This document shows, piece after piece, positions 51,936-64,000 of a stretch of 64,000 nt of DNA. Position 1 is the first letter of the stretch. Each line of letters opens with the position of its first letter. The DNA lies in assembly GCA_951406725.2 (NCBI GenBank), contig OX597822.1, forward strand, positions 38,812,001 through 38,876,000, given 5' to 3'. Both the position numbers and the translations under genes were made by a program. The notes below the pieces were generated by a model. The model was not told the origin of the DNA, did no database searches, and was given only the letters and a program-made list of their open reading frames with translations. The stretch comes from Octopus vulgaris. Its lineage: Eukaryota.

Positions 51936-52443
51936 GTGAGATCACAGCTGTAGCTTGTGCCAGTGTCGCATAATCCTATTTTAAAAGTCCCTTGAGAAGA
52001 CCTATTGAGTCAAACAAAATCAAAAATCAAAATCTAAAGCAAATCAAGATCGAAATCAAAATGGAAATTGTAGTTGTTGCCATTGTCAGTACCACCTGAC
52101 TGGCACCCATGTTGGTGACATGTAATAAGCACCATTCAAGTGTGGGTTGATGCCAGTGACACCTGATTGGCTCCCAGTGCCGGTGGCATATAAAAAGTGC
52201 CATCCAAACATGGTCGATGCCAGTACAGTCTGACTGGCTCCTGTGCTGGTGGCATGTAAAAAGTACCCACTACAGTTTCAGAGTGGTTGGCGTTAGGAAG
52301 GACATCCAGCTGTAGAAAGCTTACCAGGTCAGATTGGAGCCTGGTGCAGCCTACTGGCTTGCCAGTCCCCAGTCAAACCATCCGACCCATGCCCGCATGG
52401 AAAACGGATGTTAAACGATGACGACAATGATAATGATGATATA

Positions 52444-55400
52444 TCTAATATATAAAATAGAGATGTGTACGTATTCACTTTTAATGCGAAAACGGCTTTA
52501 CCAATTACTTCCATACTTCTGATGCATGAATAATTTGACATCGGACATATAATAAGGTCTTCATTTGATTTTTTTTACTAAAAATTATTAAAAATAAAAA
52601 TTTTGCTTTTTATATTACATTCACGACTGTCAATGGTTTTTAAATAATTACTTCCGGTTTCCTACCGTCAGTGACGTAACATATCTCTCTATCTATTTCT
52701 CTATATCTCTTGTTTTCAGTTTCATTTTTCAGACACTATTCTTTCATTAACAATATTCATACACCATTGTTTCACTTCTATGTCATTGTTTTCACTTTAA
52801 GTCTAAGTTTTGAATCGCTATTCATAAACAAATGACAAATTACTGATAGAAAGAAGTTCACAATTACTGATGTACGTAATTTCATAATTTACTGACATAA
52901 GTATCTTCATTAATTTCACTTCAATCCGTACTGCTATGTGTTTTTCTGTTGTCGATGGTTTCTTTCTGGTTCCTTCGATATTGGCTCTTTGGTTCACTGA
53001 GTAACAAATTTCACTTTAACCCGTACAATTCTTTATTTTCCATTAAAATTTCTTATTTACTTCCTGCCCATCGTATTAAGAAACATAATTTACGTCATCA
53101 AGTTATTGTCATTGTTTACTATCTTCTGCACTCCTGTATTTCTGTATACACAATATAACCATGCATAGAAAGAAAATGTCAAATTTGTCAGCATAACTAT
53201 AGATTTCTGACCCCTCCACCAAATTTCAATGATCATAACTTTCAGAAAAATGGATATTTTTTAATAAAATTTTCTACGAATATGTGTTCATTTCAAACAT
53301 ATTCAATTTTTTTTGGGGGGGGGGGTTAGGAGGGGTTCAGGAATTTCTGAAATCTCATCGGAGTCTACTTTAATTTGTCTTCACTTTCAAGAAAATGGAT
53401 ATTTTTTTAATGAAATTCGCTACAATTATACCTTCGAATATTATTACTTCTTTCAAAAAGGTTTTTTTTCAATGTCTACTTCCAGTATTGACATAAAACT
53501 GGCGAAGTCTGACCCTGTCTAATTTTGAATATTTTCTTTTAAAGTTTCAATTCACTGTTTGTAAGCAACTACGATAAATTATTGAAAGAATTATTTACTA
53601 GGTTCACAAATTTAAATATTTGGTACAAGAGAGTTTTCAACGTGTTTCTATTTATACGAATTTTTTCATTCCATGTCCATCTCATTCATTATTTGCAAAG
53701 TTCTCTCTCTCTCTCTCTCTCTCTCTATTTCTATCTCACACACACACTCCAGGTTTGATTTCTTTATTACACAAATATCATGTTAAAATTTTGCAATTCA
53801 ACATGGGGTGTCAAAAATATGGGCATTATTTTGCTGGAACTCGCACACTTGGTTATTTTACGTAAAATTTATTTATATATTTTCTTTTTCATGCTGTGTT
53901 CAGCTCTATGTATTTCTAGTGAATCACACATACTCACGTGTTTTTGTATGTACGTTTGTATACATTTATGTATGGTGTGAGTGTCTGTGTGAGTGAATGA
54001 GGGGGGGTGTTGTCATATATTCGTGGATTGCCCATAAGGTTTATTTCAGTAGGATGAACAGCTCATTCTGCTTTTAAATTACCACTAAACCTGGTCACAA
54101 GTGACAGTCTAATTTGAAACATAAGCAAAGATTCAGGTTCAGCAGAAGTGTTGTGCCAATGCCACCTGATCATTTGGGATGAATGCACCAAGTAACAGAG
54201 GTGCAAATGAAAGTTCTTTGTAAGTAAGATCTTACAGGTCATCAGAGGCAACAATAAATTTATGAGAGGAGTTACATTTGCTTTATCAGGTGACTTCAGA
54301 CAGACATTACCAGTCATTCTGACACGAACAAGATCTGATAAAATAAAATTATGCATTAAGTCTTCACACCTATGGAATAAAGTAATGAAATTCTCCTTCA
54401 ATACTAACGTATGAGATTCATTACATGGGGATTGATGTGTGAAACAGTTTTCAATCTGGCTCTTCCAATTACGAAATGGCAAAGTACCATTTGATGGGAA
54501 TGGTGATATCGGTTTGCTTCATATTGCTATCATGGTGAATTCTCCAACTGAATTGAAGTACAGGGTATTGCCAGACTTAAGTAATAATTATAATTCACAT
54601 AAATGGTTGTGTGAAAGGGCAATTCTTACTCCAAAAAATGACACAGTAGTAAGAATTAACCATGAATAAATAAGATTCCAACAGTCATTAAGAAGTACAA
54701 ATCAGTTGATTCAGTCCTTGATGAAAATCAAGCTGTCCATTACCCAACAGAGTTCATTAATTCTCTGGAGCCACCTGCAATTCCACCACATAAAGTTTTT
54801 CTGAAGGTAAGAGTCTCAATAATACTTCTAAGAAATTTAGATCCTCTTCAATTATGCGATAGGATAGGGTTATTGAGAAGACATTATCCCTAATGTAACA
54901 GGAGCTACCATCATCACTGGATGTGCCTCTGGAGAAGAAGCTTTTGTTCCAAGAATTACAATCAAATCAACAGATATGCCCTTTCAGTTCAAACGAACAC
55001 AATTCCCAGTGCGACTTCACTTTGCAATGTCTATTCATAAAGGTCAAGGTCAGTCTCTGAAATCTACTGGCTTGCTTTTCTCATGGTCAACTTTGGTGGT
55101 TGCTCCAGGGTAGGTAATTTGCAATACTTATTTGTCTATGCTCCAAACCAGAAAACGAAAGAATGTTGTTTACTCAATAGCTCCTACATAGTTTCCTGCA
55201 ACATGTGGTAGAAATTATCTCCTTTCATAAAAGTGGTAAATTTTGTATTTCCGTTTATCATTATTGTTATTATTATTATTATTTTGTATTATGAATTCAT
55301 AATTGATTTCCCAATTAAAGAATAAATTGTATCCCAACTGAATAAATTGAATTTACAATAACAAATTTCTATACAACTTATTTTGCTATTTTCTTCTTAT

Positions 55401-55447
55401 ATGTAAGGGAAAATTTCATTCCCGGATAACGCCGGGTGCCTCTGCTA

Positions 55448-55448
<1 letters not shown>
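52444..55448 (+). mobile_element. Helitron, internally deleted, both termini intact
   Basis: 5' A|TCTAATATATAAAA; 3' hairpin CCCGG-ataacg-CCGGG then CTAG|T; no TSD; contains a helicase remnant. Confidence 0.9.
54050..55190 (+). pseudogene. Helitron RepHel PIF1-family helicase, C-terminal part, disrupted
   Basis: Motifs AHSAFKLPLN, LIIWDECT, SGDFRQTLPVI, ERAILTPKND, YPTEFINSLEPP, IILLRNLDP, QFPVRLHFAMSIHKGQGQSL, FSHGQL, with frameshifts and stops. Confidence 0.9.
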
Positions 55449-55481
<33 letters not shown>

Positions 55482-56557
55482 TTGTGTCCCGGTTTTTGTC
55501 CCCCATCATCACTTGACAACCGATGTTGGTATGTTTAAGTCCCCATAACTTAGCAGTTCGGTAAAAGAGACCCGTTAGAATAAGTACTAGGCTTACAAAG
55601 AATAAGTCCTGGGGTCGACTCATTCGATTAAAGGCGGTACTCCAGTATGGCCACAGTCAAATGACTGAAAGATGTAAAAAAAATAAAAGGATACTTCCCA
55701 AACAGCTTGTTTTACCCAGCTGTTTCCATCTCATGATTATATTGTGGACTTCCCTGTCGCTGACAACAGATAAAGGCTTTGCAATATCTTGCTGTACATC
55801 CTACACTGATGATTTGTCTATAATGATCGAAAGTTTGTGTTCTGCATTACTCTTTTACTCGTTTCAATCATTTGACTGCGGCCATGCTGGAACACTGCCT
55901 TTAGTCGACCAAATCGACCCCAGGACTTATTCTTTGTAAGCCTAGTACTTATTCTATTGGTCTTCTCTTTTTGCTGAACCGCTAAGTTACGGGGATGTAA
56001 ACACACAAGCATCGGTTGTCAAGCGATGTTGGGGGACAACACAGACACACATACATATATATATATATATATATTTATATACGACGGGCTGCTTTCAGTT
56101 TCCGTCTACCAAATCCACTAACAAGGCTCTGGTCGACCTGAGTCTATAGTAGAAGACACTTGCCCAAGATGCCACGCAGTGGGACTGAACCCGGAACCAT
56201 GTGGTTGGTAAGCAAGCTACTTACCACACAGCCACTCCTGCGCTTATAGTTCACTTTCTCCATCAAATTGACATCAATTGCAGAGCAAAGCGAGATGAAA
56301 TGTTTTTATCAAGAACACAACATGCTGTTCAGTCCAGGAATTGACACCATGACCTTAACCACTAGACCTTGCACACTATATCTAGCTATCTATGGTTTAG
56401 TGGTTAGGGTGTTGCATTTATGACTGTGAGATCATGGGTTCGATTCCCAGACCAGGTGTTGCATTGTGCTCTTGTACTACACATTCATCTCCAACACTCC
56501 CACCACCATGAAAGTTGTGGGGGGTGTTGGGATTGACCATTAGTGTATCTGGGACTA

Positions 56558-56750
56558 CATCTCAATCGAAATGTTGCGGATCCGTGGAATAAGCTGCCGG
56601 ACGAGATAGTGAAGATGCCGACGACCACTCGGTTCAAAGTCTCTCTTGACCAGAAATGGCCTGAACTCTTTGCATGAACACCCCTGTACATAACTTCATG
56701 TCCCCCTACATGGCCTTGCTTTTTGCTTTTTGAGTAAAAAAATTAACTTA
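56558..56750 (+). mobile_element. Second CR1-like 3' fragment
   Basis: Same family as 23661-24172 (gaagatgccgacgacc...gtccccctacatggccttgc), with a ~21-nt internal deletion. Confidence 0.85.
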
Positions 56751-56877
56751 AGTTATCAATGATGGCATTTTGGTGGTGGTAATAGTAGTGTGTGTATGTG
56801 GGGGGAGGATAGTGTTTGTAGGTGGCAGTGGTGGTGTAACCACTAGGCAATGTACCTATATCTATCTATCTATCTAT

Positions 56878-57170
56878 GGCTTAGTGGTTAGGGTGATGCA
56901 CTCACAATTGCGAGATCATGGGTTCGATTCCCAGACCGGGTGTTGTGCTTCTTGAGCAAAGCACTTCATTTCACGTTGCTCTGCGATCATTTCTTCATCT
57001 GACATGTGGCACCTGTTGCACCTGTACAGGTAAATTCGATGCAATGGAGGGAGTGAGCTTATGTGTACACAAACATTTGATCACTATAAACAAACCATCT
57101 GTGTGGTAGTTCAGTAAGAAATATTCAAGCCCTCATAGTCATCTGCCGAGGAGAGAGTCCATCATTATAT
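56878..57170 (+). mobile_element. SINE family E (tRNA head plus CORE-like cttgagcaaagcactt)
   Basis: ggcttagtggttagg...gggttcgattccc; near-full homolog at 59535-59830. Confidence 0.75.
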
Positions 57171-57361
57171 ATGATATACTCTTTACTCTCTTTTACTCAT
57201 TTCAGTCATTTGAATGTGGCCATGCTAGAGCAAATCAATTCCAGGACTTATTCTTTGTAAGCCTAGTACTTATTCTATCGGTCTCTTTTGCCGAACCACT
57301 AAGTTACGGGGATGTAAACACACCAGCGATGTTGGGTGGACAAACACAGACACACAAACAT

Positions 57362-57406
<45 letters not shown>

Positions 57407-57572
57407 TACACATATACGATGGGCTTCTTTCAGTTTCCATCTACCAAATCCACTCACCAGTCTTTGGTTGACTTGAGACTATAGTAGAAGGCACCTGCCC
57501 AAGGTGCCATGCAGTGGGACTGGACCTGGAACCATGTGGTTAGTAAGCAAGCTAATTACCATACAACCACTC

Positions 57573-57612
<40 letters not shown>

Positions 57613-57904
57613 GTGTACATATGCATACAAACTGCTCTAAAAGAAATAAGCATGGATGTAGATGCAAGGAGTTGAGAGAAATGTCTTTCATCTGTTTGAA
57701 GAGGTAGGATTAAGTCTAACAACCATCATTTCAAAAATCCACATCTGTAGCACTCCAGCCATATTTGCTTATTTCACTACTGCATACATACCACTGATAA
57801 CAGAACCACTCCAAACACAACACCACCACCACTACTTTAACTACTACTACTACATGTACATGACCACTGCCACCTACAAACACCATCCTCCCACACACAA
57901 CCAC

Positions 57905-57942
<38 letters not shown>

Positions 57943-59125
57943 CTATTGCCACCACCAAAATGCCACCATTGACAACCTACTTTAGATGTAGTCCCAGATA
58001 CACTAAGGAAGACAGAATGGTCAATCCCAACACCCCCACAACTTTCATGGTGGTGGGAGTGTTGCAGGTGAATGTACAGTACAGGTCAGATCAACCAAAA
58101 GACATCTACTTCCCTCCCACTATATCACACACATCTCTCTCCCTCTCTCTTTCTCTCTCTCTCATTCTCACTCTCACAAACACACGCACCTTCTCATACA
58201 TTCGGCTCTCTCACATTCTTATACCCACCCCCCATCCTGATATTTTCCTCTGTTCCTATCCACAGACAGCAAATTGGAAAGAATTTTCTAGGAAGTAAGA
58301 AAGAGACATGAAGATAGGAAATGTGTGATTCTTGTTGCTATGTGGGTGTGTATATGTAAAATGTTTTGTGTGTATGTATGTGTGTATGTGCACGAGTGTG
58401 TGTGTGTATAGGTATGCATGGATATATATGTATGTGTGTGTGTGTTATGTATGTGAAAAAGTGAGGCTGAAAGAGAGAGGAAGTAATTAATGAGTGTGTG
58501 CATGTGTATGTGTGTGTGTGTGTGTGTACACATACAGAGAAGAGTATAAGGAAACAGAGAGGAAGTAATTAATGACGTGTGTCTGGGTATAGGCGTGTGT
58601 TTAAGTTGGCTTATATAATAGTATAGGTATTAGTAAGTCAGCTGTGTGTTTGCATAACTTACACCAGTTTTTTTAAGTGCACTTGTTTGTGTGTGTATAT
58701 GTGTGTGCATGTGTGTTTAAGTTTATGTTGGCCTGAGTATGTGCATGCGTTAAATGCATGACTGCTCATGACCCAGCTTCTGTGTGCATATGTTTTTAGC
58801 ACACTCTACAAATGGGGAGAAGAAAACAGTACTCAATACATGATGTAGAGTTCTATTATATATTTATATACACATGCACATATATGTATATATATATACA
58901 CACATATACATATATATACTCTTTTACTTGTTTCAGTCATTTGACAGCGGCCATGCTGGAGCACTGCCTTTAGTCAAGCAAATCGACCCAGGACTTATTC
59001 TTTGTAAGCTTAGTACTTATTCTATCAGTCTCTTTTACTGAACTGCTAAGATACAGGGAGATAGACACACCACCATCAGTTGTCAAGCGATGTTGGGGGG
59101 GACAAACACAGACACTCAAACATAT

Positions 59126-59176
<51 letters not shown>

Positions 59177-59286
59177 CCTGCTCGCCTAGCCAGCGGGGTG
59201 GCGTCATTCGAAGGCTAAAACAATGCGAACGCATTGTGACCAGCGATGTGTAACAACATCTGATGGTCTGGTCGGTCATGTGGTGG

Positions 59287-59321
<35 letters not shown>

Positions 59322-59826
59322 TGATGGGCTTCTTTCAGTTTCCATCTACCAAATCCACTCACAAGGATTTGGTTGGTCCGAGGCTATAGTAGAAGACATT
59401 TGGAACCAGGAACCATGTGGTTGATAAGCAAGCTACTTACCACACAGTCACAAATAAACATGTATAAACACAGAGGTATATATATATATATATATAGACA
59501 CATATATGTACGTGTGTATATATATGTGTGTGTGAAAGCACATGGCTTAGTGGTTAAGGAGTTGCACTCACAATTGTGAGATCATGGGTTCAATTCCTTG
59601 ATTGGGCCTTGCATTGTGTTCTTGAGCAAAGCACTTTATTTCACGTTGCTCTGCGATCATTTGTCATCTGACATGTGGAACCCATTGCACCTGTGCAGGT
59701 AATGTCGATCTGATGGAGTGAGGGAGCTATGTGTACACAAACATTTGATCACTATAATCAAATCATCTGTGTGGTTGTTTGGTAAAAATTGTCAAACCCC
59801 TATATGTTATCTAACAATGGGAGAGC

Positions 59827-59866
<40 letters not shown>

Positions 59867-60189
59867 AGTTGAACAAATCGACCCAAGGACTTATTCTTTG
59901 TAAGCTTAGTACTTATGCTATCGGTCTCTTTTGCCGAACCGCTAAGTTACGGGGGATGTAAACACACCAACATTGGTTGTCAAGCGATGGTGGGCAGGGC
60001 AAACAGACAAACAAACATACACACGCACACACATTTATATACGACGAGCTTCTTTCAGTTTCCGTCTACCAAATCCACTCACAAGGCTTTGGTCATCCTG
60101 AGGCTATAGTAGAAGACACTTGCCCAAGGTGCCACGCAGGAACCCATGTGGTTGGTAAGCAAGCTGCTTACCACACAGCCAATCCTGCA

Positions 60190-60230
<41 letters not shown>

Positions 60231-61264
60231 GCATACACAGACATGTTTATGTATGTTCATATATACAAATACATATGCATGCACATATGGCTGTGTGTGT
60301 GTTTGAAAGCTGAACGTTTCACTAAGTGGTATTCTGAGTTTTAGAAAAATGCGAAACTCATTGTGACAGACAGTGAACTTTCCAGTTTCCACATACACAA
60401 ACATGTATGTATGTATGTATGTATGTATATATATATATATACATATATGCATGTGCGCCGCCTTGACTGGCTTCCGTGCCAGTGGCACGTAAAAACCACC
60501 ATCCAATCGTGGCCGTTGCCAGCCTCGCCTGGCACGTAAAAAGCACACACTACACTCATGAAGTTGTTGGCGTTAGGAAGGGCATCCAGCTGTAGAAACA
60601 CTGCCAGATCCGACCGGAGCCTGGTGCAGCCTTCTGGCTTCCCAGATCCCAGTTGAACCGTCCAACCCATGCTATCATGGAAAACGGATGTTAAACGATG
60701 ATGATGTGTGTATGTGATGCAGATGGATGCAGGATGTGTCAGATGTAGTATGTTACAATTTGTGTGTTAGTACATGTATGCGTATGTAAAATGAACGCAA
60801 ACACACACACATTTACACACACATGGTGAATGATACGTTATTACACCTATTTAGATGCAATCACTAAAATTCTCATCCAACACTGTGAATATATATACAT
60901 ATACATATATACATTTATTTGAGTGTAATTGATGCCAGTGCCGCCTGACTGGTCCCGTGCCGGTGGCATGTAAATAAGTCCATTCAAGTGTGATTGTTGC
61001 TGGTGCTGCCTGACTGGCTCCTGTGCCAGTAGCACGTAAAAAACACCATTTGAGTGTGGTCAATGCCAGTACCGCCTGACTGGTCCCCATGCCGGTGGCA
61101 CATAAAAAGCACCCACTACACTCTCAGAGTGGTTGGCATTAGGGATGGCATCCAACTTTGCCAGATCGGATTGGATCCTGGTGCAGCCTTTTGGCTTGCC
61201 AGCCCTCAGTCAAACCGTCCAACCCATGCCTGCATGGAAAGCAGATGTTAAACGATGATGATGA

Positions 61265-61307
<43 letters not shown>

Positions 61308-61712
61308 TAAAGAGAAAGAGAGAGTGTGTGTATGTGTATAGATATATATATATTTTTGGTTTTTTTTATAATATATTATTATTAATATTAGGAAATCAGT
61401 ATCAGAAAACTCCTCAGAAAGACATACGCATGTGAAAAATAATTGTTGTATTAAAAATATATAAATAAATAAATATAAATATGTATAAAAATATATGTAA
61501 ATAAGTATAAGTATAAATATATAATGTATATGACAGTTTAAAAGTTTTGAATTAAGTATTTAATATCCTAATATCAATAATAATATATCATTACAAAAAA
61601 AATATATATATATAAAAATAATCGCTCGTATTAAATATATAAATACTTTGATACAATAGAGCACTCAATATAAATTCAGTAAATAATATTCTCATTGAAT
61701 ATATTTAACTAA

Positions 61713-61759
<47 letters not shown>

Positions 61760-62000
61760 GGGGGAGAGAGGGAGAGAAGGGGGGGTAAGACCACACAGGA
61801 AAGCAGAAAAGGGGGTTTCGGATATAGTAAGTTGCAGTGTGTTTGTGTGTGCATGATTTGATATATATATCTATGTGTGTATATTAAATGCGAACATCCA
61901 CATACACACACACCAAATTATACACATGCACCTATTTACATACAGTCACCGACATTTTTTCCTACACCCACTCATCAGCCACATTTCTCTCTCTCCCTCC

Positions 62001-62046
<46 letters not shown>

Positions 62047-62607
62047 CATCCATACCATGCCCAGGGAGTGACACATAGGTGGTGACCTCATTCCATTAGC
62101 ATACTATAAAAATACATGCCAGTGCAAAACTCTGACTTACCACCATTGATGATGATGAAGATTATATAGTGGTGATGGTGGTGGTTATGAAGATGATGAT
62201 GGTGGTGATGACAATGATGATGACGATGATGATGATAGTGTAATGGTGAGAAAATGATGGTAGTTTTGACAAAAATGATAATGATGAATGATGATGATGG
62301 TGGTGGTAATGGTGGTTGTGATTGTCACCAAAATGATGATAATGTCCAACACTTTGCTGCTTTGTTGATAGTGTTTGATGTCTATAGCAGTTTGGTAATC
62401 TCACTAATTATTGGATCTGGTGATCTGTATGTGTAATTCTAATGGGTGTGCATTAGGTATTTTGCTTCAGAAATATAAATATGAGTGCAGAAGAACATCC
62501 TTTGGTTAGCGTTAACATGTAGCTGCACTTGGAACGTAGTTGAGTGCGCTGTGTTTAACAGGAAACTCAACTATTGTTCACGATGCAAATGAGACATAAG
62601 AGATCCA

Positions 62608-62810
62608 CAGAGTCTTGAATATTTACCCCCTCATGGACAATAACTGACCCCTCACGGACAATTAATTAACCTTGAGGACAACAGATGATGATTTAAAACT
62701 TCTTAATATATTGAAGAGGGGGTATTCAACCAAGGTGGGTAATTGTCCTAGAGGGGTAGTTGTCATTAAGGGGAATTGTCCTATGGGGGGGGGGTAATTG
62801 TCCTGATATG
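62608..62810. mobile_element. Foldback-like insertion with inverted ggacaat/attgtcc subrepeats
   Basis: Flanked by duplicated gatcca (62602-62607 and 62811-62816). The uninterrupted site is visible in the paralogous repeat at about 51506-51690. Confidence 0.65.
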
Positions 62811-63350
62811 GATCCATAAGATAAAACATCACAAACAGCGAAATTCTGGTATGTCGTGGCGTATAACCACATCGACATACCAGAAGATCCAGCTCTTATA
62901 CTGTAGACATTGATTAGTAAACTTCTCTGAGGAATGACTTAGTATCACAGATTGTGAATACCAAGTCATCATCATTATCATCATCACTGCTGCTGCCAAC
63001 CACCACCACCATCATCATCATCATCTGTTTATGTCCACTATCAGCATCCTGCTGTGTGCTGATCAGCTATTACCATTGCTGCGGTTGCCCATAATACAAG
63101 TTGCAAAAATGCTGCAGCCTGAGTTGGTACAGTAGAACAGCTTCAATAGCTTCAAATATGATTGAGAATCAAAACTTCTAGGGGAGAACTTGACCATGAG
63201 TTCTGAGCCATGGGCAAGTGAGGTGGAGAAATATGCATGCCATTCAGAATATGGTTTTGTGTTGAAATCACTGCTCCATTGAAACCTCTTGTCATATGTT
63301 ACCATCTGCTTCATCTTGCTTACACAGCTTACCTTTGGTGCTGCTGTGTG

Positions 63351-63770
63351 CAGGGCCGGATTAAGACCCATCGAGGCCCTAAGCATTTAAAAGATTTTGG
63401 TGCCCCCATAAAAGATTATGTAATTCTAAATATAAACAATAACAAACCATAAAATAAATTTTCATTTTTCAAAACAAAACAAAGCAGTAAGAGGGAAAAT
63501 AATGTTTATTTTTTTATACTTCCATTTTATTTATATTTGAAAAGTTTCCTCCTACTTTTTTGAATTGCAAAGTCTTTGATCAGATCCTCAAACTTAATCT
63601 TAGGTAATTTGCATCTATACTTAGAGATAAAGGCATCCTAAATATTATTTTAGCAAGTTTAAAGTGATTTCTTTTGTGCCGTAAACCATTTACCATTTCT
63701 GTGGTGTCCCCTCCCTTTCCTTGATGCCCTAAGCATGTGCTTATTTTGCTTAATGGTTAATCCAGCACTG
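63351..63770 (-). mobile_element. Non-autonomous hAT transposon
   Basis: TIRs cagggccggattaa / ttaatccagcactg; perfect 8-bp TSD gctgtgtg; minus strand retains IKFEDLIKDFAIQKSRRKL (hAT dimerization-domain tail). Confidence 0.9.
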
Positions 63771-64000
63771 GCTGTGTGTATCACTCGTGTATTTTATCAA
63801 ATCACTAGAACTAGGGACAGGTAAAGGTAAAGTTACTTTCTCAAGACATGCCAACTTCTAAGCACCGGTTCCCCAATTTCCACAGTGTATAAGTTCCCCA
63901 CCTTGACAGGAAGCAGGGTTACTCATTTTTGCCAGCTGAGTAGACTGGAGCAATGTAAAATGAAGGTACCTTTTTAAGTCATGTCAACTCATAAGGGCTC

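Noticed and set aside
896-62436. Numerous ORFs rich in CV/IY/HT/poly-V/K/Q
   Set aside because: They are translations of (CA)n, (TA)n and triplet microsatellites or of SINE consensus sequence, with no protein-like content.
63063-63386. 107-aa non-repetitive minus-strand ORF
   Set aside because: Its start lies inside the hAT element terminus; no recognisable domain or splice signals.

Overview
This is a eukaryotic, extremely repeat-rich window. Its SINE families and its (TA)n/(CA)n/(CAT)n microsatellite load resemble an octopus (coleoid cephalopod) genome; that is an inference, not a database result. No intact protein-coding gene is visible, and the supplied ORFs are microsatellite, SINE or transposon read-throughs. 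Most of the window is explained by four or five SINE families, decayed LINEs (CR1-like, RTE, RTE-BovB, R4/Dong, an L1/Tx1-like ORF1), DNA transposons (DD37D maT, mariners, hAT and piggyBac-like MITEs) and Helitrons, one with a PIF1 helicase remnant. Two things remain unexplained by these repeats. (1) The minus strand carries splice signals of an unseen host gene with giant introns: two recursive-splicing-like sites (polypyrimidine tract-CAG|GTAAG) at 41254/41253 and 18329/18328, each followed 75 or 45 nt later by a second 5' splice site, plus a candidate 9-nt microexon at 46825-46817. (2) There are several minimal type-I hammerhead-ribozyme motifs of the Penelope type, including a family that joins a tRNA-derived Pol III head to a hammerhead core and forms a ~430-nt fold-back at 8.4-8.8 kb. 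Repeat boundaries are approximate unless a TSD or terminal motif is quoted.
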